Shown here one piece after another: positions 63,330 through 64,000 of a stretch of DNA of 64,000 nucleotides. Below the pieces are notes generated by a model. That model worked only from the letters and a program-made list of their open reading frames with translations. It did no database searches and was not told where the DNA came from. Origin of the DNA: Malacoraja senta (Eukaryota); contig CM076001.1 of assembly GCA_038087875.1 (NCBI GenBank), forward strand, positions 1,860,001 through 1,924,000, read 5' to 3'. Each line of letters opens with the position of its first letter. Positions within the stretch are counted from its first letter, which is position 1. The position numbers and the translations under genes are program-made.

Positions 63330-63730
63330 TAGACAGTAGACAATAAATAATAGGTGCAGATGTAGGCTATTCGGACCTTCGAGCCAGCACCGCCATTCAA
63401 TGTGAGCATGGTTGATCATCCCCAATCAGTTCCCCGTTCCTGCCTTCGCCCCATATCCCTTGACTCCGCGATCTTTAAGAGCCCTATCTAGCTCTCTCTT
63501 GACCGTATCCAGAGAACCCGCCTCCCCCGCCCTCTGAGGTAGAGAATTCCACAGATTCACAATTCTCTGTGTGACAAAGTGTATCCTCGTCTCCGTTCTA
63601 AATGGCTTACCCCTTATTCTTAAACTGTGGCCCCTGGTTCTGGACCCCCCCAACATCGGGATCATGTTTCCTGCCTCGAACGTGTCCAGACCCTTAATAA
63701 TTTTATATGTTTCAATGAGATCCCCTTTCT
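63330..63730 (-). mobile_element. CR1 3' fragment
   Basis: ORF 63770-63426 (GDLIETYKIIKGLD..). Confidence 0.85.
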
Positions 63731-64000
63731 CCGGAATGGTGGTACTGTCGCTGGAACGCAGCTGACACATGATATTCCATCAACAACGCACGGTCCATCT
63801 TCGCGCCTGTTCTCATCCGCGGCAAGGCAGCTGAATAACAAGGTTTCAAAAGAAGAACTCAATACATAACCATAGTTGAAGTAGGTAGTGAACATTTTTA
63901 TTTCAGTTATTTTTACATGTATTCTCTCAGCTAATCAGCCTGCAGTTTTTGCATTCAGCCCAACGGTGTTTTATGAAACAAAATCTACCCTTTGCGTGAA

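Overview
Vertebrate genomic DNA from a cartilaginous fish (probably a skate/ray, judged from HE1-type SINEs, dense CR1 LINEs and NAR-TCR genes). The window is part of the T-cell receptor alpha/delta variable region; no constant region is present. It holds six conventional TCR V segments in mixed orientation, each with a leader and an RSS heptamer. Five show a 23-bp-spacer RSS; the nonamer of the copy at 7896 falls in a gap, and that copy is probably a false assembly duplicate. There are also two divergently oriented NAR-TCR cassettes (leader - NAR-type V - D - J - leaderless 'supporting' V-delta with a CDR1 cysteine). The plus-strand cassette (47.8-51.0 kb) is fully unrearranged, with IgH-type RSS logic (V-23 / 12-D-12 / 23-J). 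The minus-strand cassette (33.4-36.3 kb) appears to carry a germline-joined V-D, the most striking observation here. Three two-exon GPR139/GPR142-like class A GPCR genes (one intact, one suspect, one pseudogene) are interspersed among the V segments. The rest is CR1/L2/Penelope retroelements, HE1 SINEs, a class III (ERV-L-like) retroviral relic, a fold-back inverted repeat, microsatellites and six N gaps. All family assignments come from motif recognition by eye, not database searches. Repeat boundaries are approximate.
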